Origin: a virus
Taxonomy: Duplodnaviria > Caudoviricetes
Virus record (IMG/VR): IMGVR_UViG_3300034072_002243
Coordinates: 1 to 50,070 of that record
Strand: one strand, 5' to 3'
Length of the DNA: 50,070 bases
The first letter of the stretch is position 1. Every line of letters begins with the position of its first letter. This document shows positions 1 to 8,728 of the stretch, one piece after another. Made by a program: the position numbers and the translations under genes. The notes beneath the pieces were generated by a model that saw only the letters and a program-made list of their open reading frames with translations, had not been told where the DNA came from and made no database searches.

Positions 1-531
1 CTATGGCTCCAATTCGGTCCACCGCTCGGGATAGCCGAGCATCCTTTCGGATATCCGGGCAATCGCCTCGGGCGAATAGTTCAGCAAGGCCAGGCGTGTC
101 CAGAACCTCTGCTGGTAGCCTTTCAACTCCATGGACGCTTGTGTGGCCACTGAAAATTGACCGATCGTGAAACCATCGGTCTTGAGCGGCGTAGGCCACA
201 ATCCAGACTCTTTCCCGGTAGTGTTGGGCACCAACCGCCGCAGCCGGTATGCAATGCCATTCCGCATCATACCCGACCTCGGCCAGGTCGCCGAGAACAC
301 GTCCGAACCATCGGCCTGGTTGGTCGTCCGGGCCAGCAAGGAGGTTCCAGACGTTTTCCATGACTGCGTATAGGGGTCGTAACTCGCCAATAAGGCTGCA
401 AATTTCAGACCATAATCCCGAACGCTGACCTTCAATTCCAGCGCGGCGACCGGCTGTTGAAAGGTCTTGGCACGGGAAGCCGCCGGTGATGACGTCGACA
501 GCTGGAATTCCATCTGCTCGCAATCGCTCAT
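1..531 (-). CDS. C5-methyltransferase beta polypeptide, nested in an alternative frame of the alpha gene
   Basis: 176 aa with WPRSGMMRNG and LWPTP motifs and C-terminal ERMLGYPERWT resembling motif IX, which the alpha frame lacks. Confidence 0.75.
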   Translation of the reverse strand: MSDCEQMEFQLSTSSPAASRAKTFQQPVAALELKVSVRDYGLKFAALLASYDPYTQSWKTSGTSLLARTTNQADGSDVFSATWPRSGMMRNGIAYRLRRLVPNTTGKESGLWPTPLKTDGFTIGQFSVATQASMELKGYQQRFWTRLALLNYSPEAIARISERMLGYPERWTELEP

Positions 532-715
532 GTGTCAGCTCCCGCACATCGCGATAAAGAGGGACATCTGGCCATTGCTTGCGCAGCACATGACCGCAGA
601 ACGGCTCAATCTCGCAAAAGGCGACTGTCCGGAACCCTCCTGTCCGCTCGAAACCCAGAGAAAAGCCGCCGATGCCAGAGAACAGATCCAGCACCGAAAG
701 CTTGTGACGAGGCAC
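1..715 (-). CDS. DNA (cytosine-5) methyltransferase, alpha polypeptide (3' end runs off the window)
   Basis: Not in ORF track; hand translation from GTG at 715 (GAGG upstream) gives LDLFSGIGG (motif I), GGFPCQD (IV), MENV (VI), QHYRERVWIVA (VIII) and VDRIGAI.. (start of X), with no stop. Confidence 0.92.
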   Translation of the reverse strand, partial: MPRHKLSVLDLFSGIGGFSLGFERTGGFRTVAFCEIEPFCGHVLRKQWPDVPLYRDVRELTHERLRADGIPAVDVITGGFPCQDLSTAGRRAGIEGQRSGLWSEICSLIGELRPLYAVMENVWNLLAGPDDQPGRWFGRVLGDLAEVGYDAEWHCIPAAAVGAQHYRERVWIVAYAAQDRWFHDRSIFSGHTSVHGVERLPAEVLDTPGLAELFARGDCPDIRKDARLSRAVDRIGAI

Positions 716-948
716 TGCCTCGCAAACAAAGATTGACTCCACACGCGCGCATCCTGATAACGCCCGCCATCTGCGAGAGGCAGAATCAGACCTTCGGGTC
801 TGATCGCGGGGCGGTGAATGCGCTTGCCATCGAGGCCGGGACGATCTTGGCGGATAGGTCCGGCCTGCCGGGGAGCACGCCCCCGGCACCCGCGTCAGCG
901 GGATCTCAGAAATTCGGATTGACGTTCTTTGCGTTTCTGGCGATGTGA

Positions 949-963
949 GAACATTACTGGAAC
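949..963 (+). promoter_or_regulatory. Alphaproteobacterial LexA (SOS) box
   Basis: GAAC-ATTACTG-GAAC, 15 bp before the ATG at 979; TTGACG at 919-924. Confidence 0.7.
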
Positions 964-978
964 AAAGAGCTGCGCCAG

Positions 979-1188
979 ATGCCACACCCCACGCTTGACG
1001 AACACCTGCCCATCACGGTCGAAGCCCTCGACGAAACGGGACGCATCGTCGAGGTGATCGCGCGCTGCGCGAATGTGACCGTCGCGCGCGGCGCATTCGA
1101 CGCTGCGAAGACCTGCCGCCAGGGCGTCGAGATCATGATCCGCGACCGCGCGCGTGTGATCGCATCAGAATTTCTACCCTTGGCTTGA
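979..1188 (+). CDS. Small hypothetical protein, probably SOS-inducible
   Basis: 69 aa ORF with normal composition directly behind the SOS box. Confidence 0.7.
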   Translation: MPHPTLDEHLPITVEALDETGRIVEVIARCANVTVARGAFDAAKTCRQGVEIMIRDRARVIASEFLPLA

Positions 1189-1195
1189 CAACCCC

Positions 1196-1282
1196 CCTTT
1201 ACAACGCGGAATTTCCGCACTATATTCAAATCATCGCCAAGGTGCGATGCGGGCGCCTCGCCGATACGGAGGCAGGAGACAA
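1196..1282 (+). repeat. 87-bp promoter/operator/RBS cassette, copy 1
   Basis: CTTTAC-N17-CTATAT with GCGGAA-T-TTCCGC palindrome in the spacer and GGAG RBS; 81/87 identical to 3109-3195. Confidence 0.9.
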
Positions 1283-1286
1283 GACC

Positions 1287-1730
1287 ATGGCCCTCTACGA
1301 CATCGAATATTCCTGCGGCCACAGCGAAACCAAGCAGCTCTACGGCAAGCACGACACCCGCCACAGCTATCTCGCATGGGCCAAGGCCTCCGGCCACTGC
1401 CCGGCCTGCCGCGCGCAGAACGACGAGCTGTACTGCGCCGGCGTCGAGGCCGAGCACAGCCTGCCGCCGCTGACCGGCTCCGAGAAGCAGGTCAAGTGGG
1501 CGCGCGATATCAGGGCCGAGAAGGTGGCCAAGCTCGCCGCCTCGATGGCCGAGCGCGCCGAGAAGTGGTCGCCGGAGAATGTCGCCGAGCTGACCGCCCG
1601 CACCGAGGTGATGTTTGCCGCCCTCGCCGCAAAGACCGAGGCGCGCTACTGGATCGACGCGCGGAACCTGACCCCCGATGTGATCGGCGCGAATGCCTGG
1701 CGCGAAGCCACAAAGGAGGCCGGCAAGTGA
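1287..1730 (+). CDS. Hypothetical protein with a putative Zn-binding motif
   Basis: ATG after the cassette RBS; YSCGH...CPAC motif; LTGSEKQVKWARDIR. Confidence 0.8.
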   Translation: MALYDIEYSCGHSETKQLYGKHDTRHSYLAWAKASGHCPACRAQNDELYCAGVEAEHSLPPLTGSEKQVKWARDIRAEKVAKLAASMAERAEKWSPENVAELTARTEVMFAALAAKTEARYWIDARNLTPDVIGANAWREATKEAGK

Positions 1731-2638
1731 CGGCAAACCCCATCACCAGGACCCTCGCGCGGCTCATCGCCGCGCAGGGCAGCCCGGTCAAGTCCGTGAC
1801 CCTCGCCGCCCCCGCCATCCATGGCGACACCATCATTGCCGTCGACTGGGCCGAGTTTGCCGACGAGCCGGTCGAGGTGGCAGAGCGCGGCGTGACCATG
1901 ACGGTCAGGAGCCGCCTGCCGACCGCAGCCGCGACGCTGCCCCCCTCGCCGCGCATCGAGCAACTGGCGCTGGAGACCGCCTGGGGCTATGGCGCATGGG
2001 ACGTGCTGCGCACCTATATCGCCCCCGGCTACAGCGGCCCGCTGCCGCCCTACATGGCCGGGTTTGAGGCGGCCGCGCGCGAACAGGGCTACATCACCTG
2101 GAGCTGGCGCCCGATGATGGCCGGCCCCGAGTTGCGCGCGAAGGCCTGGGCAGACAAGGACCGGACGCTCTGCCGCTACACCCTCGGCCGATCCGGCGCG
2201 CTGCCAGATCTGGCCCTGCGCGTGGCGCAGCCAGCTTCGCAGCTGGTCATCACGCTCGGCGCGCAGGCAACCCCTGCCAGCACCGCGCCGGATCGGGCCG
2301 GTCACAGCCCCCGCGCCGCGCGGGGCCGTCGCTGGTCCAACTGGACCTACACGGCGACGCAGGCCCAAAGGCAAAAGCTGCTGTATCTCATGGACCAGGC
2401 CGGCCAGCGCGAGGAGATCCCCGACAACCTGACCCGGGCCGATGCCGCGCGCTGGATCAACCGGCTCATGTCGGGAGGCACGCTCTCCAGCCTGAGTGGC
2501 CCCGCACCCGCCACACCCGAGCAGCGCGGCTATCTCGGCCGCCTCCTGCGCAAGGCCGGGCTCTCGGACGCACTGCCGGACGACCTGACCAAGAGCCAGG
2601 CAAGCCGCTGGATCGACCAGCTGAAAGGCAATCGATGA
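1727..2638 (+). CDS. Hypothetical protein with two C-terminal DUF3072-like helical repeats
   Basis: GTGA overlap with upstream gene; repeats ATQAQRQKL..LTRADAARWINRL and ATPEQRGYL..LTKSQASRWIDQL. Confidence 0.7.
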   Translation: MTANPITRTLARLIAAQGSPVKSVTLAAPAIHGDTIIAVDWAEFADEPVEVAERGVTMTVRSRLPTAAATLPPSPRIEQLALETAWGYGAWDVLRTYIAPGYSGPLPPYMAGFEAAAREQGYITWSWRPMMAGPELRAKAWADKDRTLCRYTLGRSGALPDLALRVAQPASQLVITLGAQATPASTAPDRAGHSPRAARGRRWSNWTYTATQAQRQKLLYLMDQAGQREEIPDNLTRADAARWINRLMSGGTLSSLSGPAPATPEQRGYLGRLLRKAGLSDALPDDLTKSQASRWIDQLKGNR

Positions 2639-3102
2639 CCTACATGCACCACATCACCCTCAACACCGGGCACATGCACAAGCAGGCGCGCGTCAGCGAG
2701 GGCAGCATTGCCGTCATGCTGGAGTTGCTGGATCCGATCCTGCTCGGCGGCGACGTGCCGGTGCCGGCAGAGCCGGGCGTCATCGCGCGCGGCCATCATG
2801 TCGGCCGGTCGCTGCTGGTCACGCTGATCTCGGCCGAGCATAACGCGCCGCTGCTGACGACCGGCATTGCACTGCGCTCGACCGCCGCCAAAGGGCTCTG
2901 GAGCCTGCTGCACCGGTCCAGCTCGACGCCGCTGCGCACCAGCATCGACGACATGCCCGCCGCCCCGTGGATCGCAGACCGCATCGAGGACAGCATCGCA
3001 GCCTATCCGGAGGCTCTCGCCTGGACCGGGGCCTGGGCGGCGTCCCTCGGCTGGGCGTGGATGGACTATGCCGGGGCGGACAAAAAAGAGCCGCAGCGCT
3101 GA
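2635..3102 (+). CDS. Hypothetical protein
   Basis: 155 aa, ATGA overlap with upstream gene. Confidence 0.7.
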   Translation: MTYMHHITLNTGHMHKQARVSEGSIAVMLELLDPILLGGDVPVPAEPGVIARGHHVGRSLLVTLISAEHNAPLLTTGIALRSTAAKGLWSLLHRSSSTPLRTSIDDMPAAPWIADRIEDSIAAYPEALAWTGAWAASLGWAWMDYAGADKKEPQR

Positions 3103-3108
3103 TTTACT

Positions 3109-3195
3109 CCTTTACAGTGCGGGATTTCCGCACTATATTCAAATCATCGCCAAGGGGCGGTGCGGGCGCCTCGCCGGTACGGAGGCAGGAGACAA
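3109..3195 (+). repeat. 87-bp promoter/operator/RBS cassette, copy 2
   Basis: CTTTAC-N17-CTATAT; spacer GTGCGG-GATTT-CCGCAC inverted repeat. Confidence 0.9.
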
Positions 3196-3199
3196 AGAG

Positions 3200-3571
3200 A
3201 TGACCGATTACAGCACCTGGACGGACGCCGACCTCGACGCCGCCCTGAAGCGCATCGCGGCAGAGCGGAGGCACTACATCAACGCGGTTGGCCGCGAGCA
3301 CGAAAGCAACCACACCATTTACGACAACGAGCTGCACGCCCTGTCCTCGGAGATCGTTCGTCGCCGCCAGGCCGCTGAAGCCGCACAATTCGCCGCCGAA
3401 TGGACACTGGATGTATTCAACGCCCGTCGCGCCGCATGGAATGCAGAGGCCGTCAAACTGCCGCGTAAAGGCAACAGCATCGACATGAAACACATTCGCG
3501 CCCTTGAAACCAAGCTCGGCATCAAGATGGACGACCTCAGAAGGGCCAAGGCTCTGCTTGGCGTAAACTGA
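3200..3571 (+). CDS. Hypothetical protein
   Basis: ATG after cassette RBS (MTDYSTWTDADLD...), 123 aa, helical. Confidence 0.8.
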   Translation: MTDYSTWTDADLDAALKRIAAERRHYINAVGREHESNHTIYDNELHALSSEIVRRRQAAEAAQFAAEWTLDVFNARRAAWNAEAVKLPRKGNSIDMKHIRALETKLGIKMDDLRRAKALLGVN

Positions 3572-3596
3572 CCGGCTCCGCCGGCTGAAACACCAA

Positions 3597-3626
3597 AACA
3601 GCCCGCTCGTTTCCGGGCGGGCTGTT
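3597..3626. terminator. Hairpin, probable terminator
   Basis: AACAGCCCGCTCG-TTTC-CGGGCGGGCTGTT after the 3200 gene. Confidence 0.6.
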
Positions 3627-3776
3627 CCCACGACCCTGCAAATGCAGCGCCACAGCTCAAAGAATATTTCGATCCACTGCAACAGGCAGGACTGCCGCAG
3701 AATTGCCAGCCCCTTGCGCTGACTGGATCAGGCTATGTCCAGATCAGCCAGGCTGTCAACCTCCAAGGAAAAGACC

Positions 3777-4160
3777 ATGCAGGACCATCTCGCTCAGGCT
3801 CTCATCATCCGCGCGATCGCCCGCGACGACGCCGAGCGCCCCCTGATCGGAGCGCCCCTCGCCGCCCTGCGCCGGCAGGTCGCAGCCGGCGAACACGCCG
3901 ACCATCCGGCAGCCCTGACCGCAGAGGCGGTCCGGCAGGAGATCATGGGCCTCGGCGTTTGCGACATGCCCCCGGCGACCGACCTTGTCGCCACCCTGCT
4001 CGAGACGCTGTCACAGCGCCTCGGCGGCTACGGGCACAACGCCGCATGGGGGGCCATCGGCATCAAGGGCACGCGCGGCCGGGACCTGCTCGCCCGCTCG
4101 GCCGCAGCCGTCGACTGGCCGATCTGGAAAACCTTGAGGGATGCCGCGCTGGGAGATTGA
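3777..4160 (+). CDS. Hypothetical protein
   Basis: AAGGA RBS then ATG; 127 aa. Confidence 0.7.
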   Translation: MQDHLAQALIIRAIARDDAERPLIGAPLAALRRQVAAGEHADHPAALTAEAVRQEIMGLGVCDMPPATDLVATLLETLSQRLGGYGHNAAWGAIGIKGTRGRDLLARSAAAVDWPIWKTLRDAALGD

Positions 4161-4184
4161 CAACATACACCATTGGTGTATGTT
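4157..4184 (+). promoter_or_regulatory. Promoter overlapped by a perfect 23-bp palindromic operator
   Basis: TTGACA-N16-TATGTT; AACATACACCA-T-TGGTGTATGTT at 4162-4184. Confidence 0.75.
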
Positions 4185-4235
4185 TGGAACTGCGCAGAGG
4201 GACAGCCCTCCGCATGAGGTAATGGAGACCTGATC

Positions 4236-4637
4236 ATGATCACCAAGTTTCAATCCGAACTTCCCGCCGGTCGCGCGCGGTTCTTGGCCAGAGGGCGGCA
4301 TTATGCCGACGCCGTGAACCAGATCGCAGAACGCGGCCTCGAAGCCGCGCTTGAAGCCACCGCCATTTTGGGAGGCGTCCGGCAGCCGAAAGGCATTGCA
4401 CGGAGTTTGGTCAAGGCCGTTGCCAAATCCGGCCCCGTGCCCGCGCACCGGATATCCAGGCGCGCTCGTCGCCGCTATGAGGATGGCGCGCCGGTTATCG
4501 ATATCGTGGTCGAGACGCCGCAGTTGACATGGAAATATCGCGGAGACCGGCAGATAGGGATGATCGAATGGCTTCCTGCATTTGTTGTCACCGACCGCTG
4601 CAGCGCACCAGTTCTTCGCTCCCCGTTGCCAGGATGA
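4236..4637 (+). CDS. Hypothetical protein (first gene of a two-gene module)
   Basis: GGAG RBS; 133 aa. Confidence 0.65.
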   Translation: MITKFQSELPAGRARFLARGRHYADAVNQIAERGLEAALEATAILGGVRQPKGIARSLVKAVAKSGPVPAHRISRRARRRYEDGAPVIDIVVETPQLTWKYRGDRQIGMIEWLPAFVVTDRCSAPVLRSPLPG

Positions 4638-4640
4638 ACC

Positions 4641-5069
4641 ATGGCCACCACATTCTCTTTACTGTCACAGATCTGCGGCCTCTCTCATCGAGAGGCCGCC
4701 CAGCTCCTGAACGTGCGCCTTGACACTGTGAAGTCATGGTCCACTGGACGCAACCGCGTGCCCAACGCCGTCCTTGCAGAGCTCGCGGAATTGGCGGCGC
4801 GGATCGAGACGGCGGCGACAGAAACGCTGAAACAGATCGCGGACGCGTCTGAAAAGCACGGACCACCGTCCGAGATCGAGCTGGGCATTGCAAGCGACGA
4901 CGCGGAAGCGGTTTCCATCGGTTGGCCATGCGTCGGCGCCCAATCCGCCTGTCTCGGCCTTGTCCTCGCTCGCGGCATTCGAAAAGGCTACCAGTTCAAA
5001 GTCATCCCGCGCGGGTCGACTGTCGCCACAGCAGCCGCCGCCGATGCGCATGACTCCGGCACAAGATGA
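4641..5069 (+). CDS. XRE-like helix-turn-helix protein
   Basis: GLSHREAAQLLNVRLDTVKSWSTGRNRVP at the N-terminus. Confidence 0.75.
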   Translation: MATTFSLLSQICGLSHREAAQLLNVRLDTVKSWSTGRNRVPNAVLAELAELAARIETAATETLKQIADASEKHGPPSEIELGIASDDAEAVSIGWPCVGAQSACLGLVLARGIRKGYQFKVIPRGSTVATAAAADAHDSGTR

Positions 5070-5110
5070 GACTTGGTCGGGCCACCGGCACGCCAGGCGC
5101 CGAAGCCCCC

Positions 5111-5293
5111 TCAATTCACCCGCCCCGGCCGGTCCACCTCCCCTGACCTGAAATCCTCCGCTATGCCGGCGAGCCAGTGACCGAAGGTCTCGGCCGGCAG
5201 GCCGAGAAGGGCATAGGCGGAGAGGATGTGCTCGACAGCGGCGCGTGCCGCCGTCTGCCGGTCCTCGTCGGCGGGCGCCTCATGTGCTGCCAT
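5111..5293 (-). CDS. Small hypothetical protein, last gene of the late operon
   Basis: 60 aa, overlaps the end of the upstream gene. Confidence 0.5.
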   Translation of the reverse strand: MAAHEAPADEDRQTAARAAVEHILSAYALLGLPAETFGHWLAGIAEDFRSGEVDRPGRVN

Positions 5294-5630
5294 GACCGCC
5301 CCCCTTGCCGCCGCGCCAGATGGCCAGCACGTCGCGCGCCGTGGCGAGCGGGTCCCGGCTGGCCCGGAGCATGAACACCGCCCAGTTGCGACCCGTCAGC
5401 GCGAGGCCGGCCGCGACTGCGTCGGACCAGGACGGGTCCAGATTGAGAAACTGGCGGATCGGATCCGCGAAGATGACCGCCGCGCCGATGCCGGCGGCCA
5501 GCGCCAGCAGGCGGCCGGAGAGGGTGAGGTCACGCTGCAGCATCGCGCCGAGCACCGCGAAGCCGATGATCACGGCCCATTTGGTCAATGATGCATGGGC
5601 CAGCCAGCCCAGCCATTCCTGCTGCCGCAT
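5280..5630 (-). CDS. Putative holin
   Basis: 116 aa, 2-3 hydrophobic segments, GGAG RBS, basic C-terminus. Confidence 0.55.
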   Translation of the reverse strand: MRQQEWLGWLAHASLTKWAVIIGFAVLGAMLQRDLTLSGRLLALAAGIGAAVIFADPIRQFLNLDPSWSDAVAAGLALTGRNWAVFMLRASRDPLATARDVLAIWRGGKGGGHGST

Positions 5631-5701
5631 TGATGTCTCCGGAGATTTGCGCCGCAGCGCGGAAGGAAAGGTCCGCCGCCCTGCGCGGGCGGCGGCAAAG
5701 G

Positions 5702-6172
5702 TCAGACGGTGACGATGTCCGCCTCGGTCAGATTGCGCAGCCGCTCGGCATAGATCTCAGACCCGCTCCAGAGCGGCCAGACCCGCTTTGCCAGCGCCTC
5801 AACCGGATAGGCCGGATTGCGCCACAGCACGAAGGGCTGTTGCGGCGCGGCACTTGCCAGCTCGATGTCAGCCACGGCCACCAGAGCCGGCAGCGCCAGC
5901 GGCACAGCAGCGCGGATCGTGAGCCAGATGCCGGCCTCTCGCACGGCAGGCGAGATCTCGTTGCCGTCACCGTCAAAAACCGCCTCGGCGGCGATCACTT
6001 CGCAGCGCAGGCCGGCATAGCGCCGGCCTTCGAACACGCCCGAGAATTGCTGCGCGATGGCGGGCAGTGCCAGAGCCCCACCCTCCTCGGCTGGTTGGAT
6101 ACCGAGTACCTGCAGGTTGACGTCTTCCGGGCGCAAGAAATGCAGGATGTGGTCAATGGTCATCTTTGTCAT
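5702..6172 (-). CDS. Hypothetical protein, possible fibre-assembly chaperone
   Basis: ATGA-coupled behind the lectin-like fibre gene. Confidence 0.55.
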   Translation of the reverse strand: MTKMTIDHILHFLRPEDVNLQVLGIQPAEEGGALALPAIAQQFSGVFEGRRYAGLRCEVIAAEAVFDGDGNEISPAVREAGIWLTIRAAVPLALPALVAVADIELASAAPQQPFVLWRNPAYPVEALAKRVWPLWSGSEIYAERLRNLTEADIVTV

Positions 6173-7509
6173 GCTGCAGCCACCGCGTTGAACAGGTTGA
6201 GCGCGTCGGCGTCGGACAAGGCGAAACCGCCGATACCGGCTATACGGGTTTGGGAGTTGAGCCTGTCTTGGCCGTTTGCCCCGTTGCAGGCAATTCCGAT
6301 GCCGGCTGGGGTGCCCACCATCATCGGCCGAGTAATCGTACCAGGACTAACCGAACCCGCCTTGACCCACACCGCCCCGTCCGGCCGCCACGTTGCGACC
6401 ATTGTAAACTCAGTACCCCTCGGCAGCTGTGCGAGGGTCCCTAGACCCGGACCGGACGTCGGGCCGTTCGAACCCACGGTACTACCCACGCCACCGTCCG
6501 AAAGGCGGCGGAACAGAGTAAACCGGTTATTTCCATCCGCACGGATATCCACGAAATGTACGAACGGGGGAGCAGACTGGTAGTCGATGCCGCGCCATAC
6601 CATCGTTAAACCGGTCACGCTCGGGTTTACCGCCAATCCCGCAGCAGATGCGGGAATAAAGAGCGCATCCGGGGCGACTGTGTTTGACCCAAACGGCATA
6701 AGGTAAGGCGTCGCGGTGACCTGAGGTGCTGCCAGAACGCAGGTGAAATCGATGAAGTTTCCTGCGACCCAGCCGGATGAGCCGCCGGAGATCAGTCTCA
6801 GGCGCACTCGGCTTGCGCCGGCGGGGCAAACCAGTGACGCTGATTGGAGATCGGGCGTTGCCGGGCTGATGAACTGCGAAGGCGTCGAGACCAGGATGCC
6901 AGAGACATAGGCGCTGGACGGAGCGGATCGCCACGAAACCTCAAGTTGCGGCGCGCCCGGACCAGGACACTGCCGCTCTGCGATGACCATCGAAGACGTG
7001 TACGTCACGCCCTCCGTGAGGCCCTGCTGCTCGCCCGGACGCAGCTCCCAGAACGTCCCATTCCAGACGCCATAGACGCGGACGCGCGCCGCTGGCAGGC
7101 CCCGGTAGGTCAGCAGCTCGACAACCTCCGTCGTCAGACCGGCTGTTGCAACGCCCGTCGCGGACCAACCCGGCAATGACCCGCCAGCACCAATAACGCC
7201 GAGTGTGGCCGTCGCAAAATCGGCAGCGCCGACCAGATTGATCCAGCCCTCACGCGAGTCATACCCCAAGTCCGTCCGGGCCATGGCACCATTCGCAAAC
7301 GGCAAAGATATGCCAGCGCTGTTCACGGCACGCCGCTCAGAGGCGCGGGTGTGATAGCCGTCAATCGTCTCCATCGACACGCGCCGGCCGCCGAGCCGGA
7401 CGAAGCCGGACCGGAAATCCGCCGCGAACTGGAACGGACGCATCCAGGCCGGGCCGGTGGCGCCCGAGACCATGGGGCCGATGCCCCAGGCCCCAAGTTT
7501 CTTGATCAT
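6169..7509 (-). CDS. Putative fibre/spike protein with beta-sandwich carbohydrate-binding-like domains
   Basis: 446 aa rich in G/S/T and aromatics; visibly lower GC than neighbours. Confidence 0.55.
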   Translation of the reverse strand: MIKKLGAWGIGPMVSGATGPAWMRPFQFAADFRSGFVRLGGRRVSMETIDGYHTRASERRAVNSAGISLPFANGAMARTDLGYDSREGWINLVGAADFATATLGVIGAGGSLPGWSATGVATAGLTTEVVELLTYRGLPAARVRVYGVWNGTFWELRPGEQQGLTEGVTYTSSMVIAERQCPGPGAPQLEVSWRSAPSSAYVSGILVSTPSQFISPATPDLQSASLVCPAGASRVRLRLISGGSSGWVAGNFIDFTCVLAAPQVTATPYLMPFGSNTVAPDALFIPASAAGLAVNPSVTGLTMVWRGIDYQSAPPFVHFVDIRADGNNRFTLFRRLSDGGVGSTVGSNGPTSGPGLGTLAQLPRGTEFTMVATWRPDGAVWVKAGSVSPGTITRPMMVGTPAGIGIACNGANGQDRLNSQTRIAGIGGFALSDADALNLFNAVAAA

Positions 7510-7521
7510 GGTGATGGTCCT

Positions 7522-8250
7522 TCAGATCGCGAGATCGCCGGAGACGAGCCACTGCGCCGCCGTGCCGCCCGCATTGGCGATGACGACCGCCGCTGCCGCA
7601 GCCCAGCGGGCCCGGGTGCGGGTCACGCCGTCGACATTGACGACGGTTGCCCCTGCCCCGGCGGTCAGGTTGACCCGGCCTGTGCCGGCCTGGACGAGAA
7701 CGAAGTTGAAGCCGATCGGGAGGTCCGCCGGCAGCGTGACTGTGCCGTCAGCCGATCGGCCGATGACGACAGTGCGGCCGATGGTGCCGGCGTCCGGCGT
7801 GTAGGTGGCCGCCGTGCTGGTGATGATCCCGGCGCTGTAGTCGACAATGCCTTGCGGGCCGATCGGGCCGACGGGGCCTTGCGGACCAACCGGGCCTTGC
7901 GGGCCGAGCTCCCCGGGGATGCCGCGCGCGCCTTGCGGCCCTGCAGGACCAACCGGTCCACGAAGGTCGACAGCTGTGCCAAGCGTCCCGTCGGGGTTGC
8001 GCAGCGCCAGGCTGGAGCCTGTCCACGCGTGGCCGGGAACATGCGCTGCAACCGCCGCCGCCACTTCCGCCGCGACTTGCCGCTGCTGGTGCAGGGCATC
8101 CTGTGCATTGGCGGCGGTGGCGGCCGCTGCGCTGGCGGCGCTTGCGGAGGCTGCAGCACTGTCGAGCGTTTCACGGTGCAGCCGCACCACGTCACCCTGA
8201 AGATCTTTCGCGATCTGCAGGGCCACGCGCTCTGCCGTCGCGGCGCTCAT
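7522..8250 (-). CDS. Collagen-like fibre protein
   Basis: Twelve G-X-Y triplets [37 protein letters not shown] after an Ala-rich coiled coil. Confidence 0.75.
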   Translation of the reverse strand: MSAATAERVALQIAKDLQGDVVRLHRETLDSAAASASAASAAAATAANAQDALHQQRQVAAEVAAAVAAHVPGHAWTGSSLALRNPDGTLGTAVDLRGPVGPAGPQGARGIPGELGPQGPVGPQGPVGPIGPQGIVDYSAGIITSTAATYTPDAGTIGRTVVIGRSADGTVTLPADLPIGFNFVLVQAGTGRVNLTAGAGATVVNVDGVTRTRARWAAAAAVVIANAGGTAAQWLVSGDLAI

Positions 8251-8507
8251 GCCCGCACCACGACAACGGTCGCCGGTCCCGAAGCCCCGGCGACAAACAC
8301 ACGATCCCCGGCGGCCAGAAACGCGAAATGCACCGCGGTCCGGGACGCCCCGCCAAGCAGCAGCGCCGGGGCGTCTGCTGCCGGCACACTTGCGCCGACA
8401 TGGACGCGCACGTCTTCGACACTCAGCCGCTGGATGAGCACGTCAGGCGAGTTGTTCGCCACTTCGGTCCAGGCGGTGGTGATTTCAAATCGCAGGGTCT
8501 CAGTCAT
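8247..8507 (-). CDS. Hypothetical virion-associated protein
   Basis: 86 aa, ATGA-coupled on both sides. Confidence 0.65.
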   Translation of the reverse strand: MTETLRFEITTAWTEVANNSPDVLIQRLSVEDVRVHVGASVPAADAPALLLGGASRTAVHFAFLAAGDRVFVAGASGPATVVVVRA

Positions 8508-8728
8508 CGGGTCCCCTCACATCTCGATTGCAGGTCGCGGACGACGCTCAGGCTGTCGGCGAGCTCGTCGCTCACCGTGTCGGCATCGGCCTCGGTCCAG
8601 TGGATCTCGGAGAGCAAGGGAGCCAGCTGGTCACAGCTTGCGGGAGCCGTGCTGGCGGGCAGCGGCATGCTCCCGCAGCCGGCGGCGGCGCTCGTCAGGA
8701 GGCTGACGGCGAACAGTTTCGCGCGCAT
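8504..8728 (-). CDS. o-spanin (Rz1-like lipoprotein)
   Basis: Signal peptide with lipobox AAG|C; overlaps the 3' end of the Rz-like gene. Confidence 0.65.
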   Translation of the reverse strand: MRAKLFAVSLLTSAAAGCGSMPLPASTAPASCDQLAPLLSEIHWTEADADTVSDELADSLSVVRDLQSRCEGTR

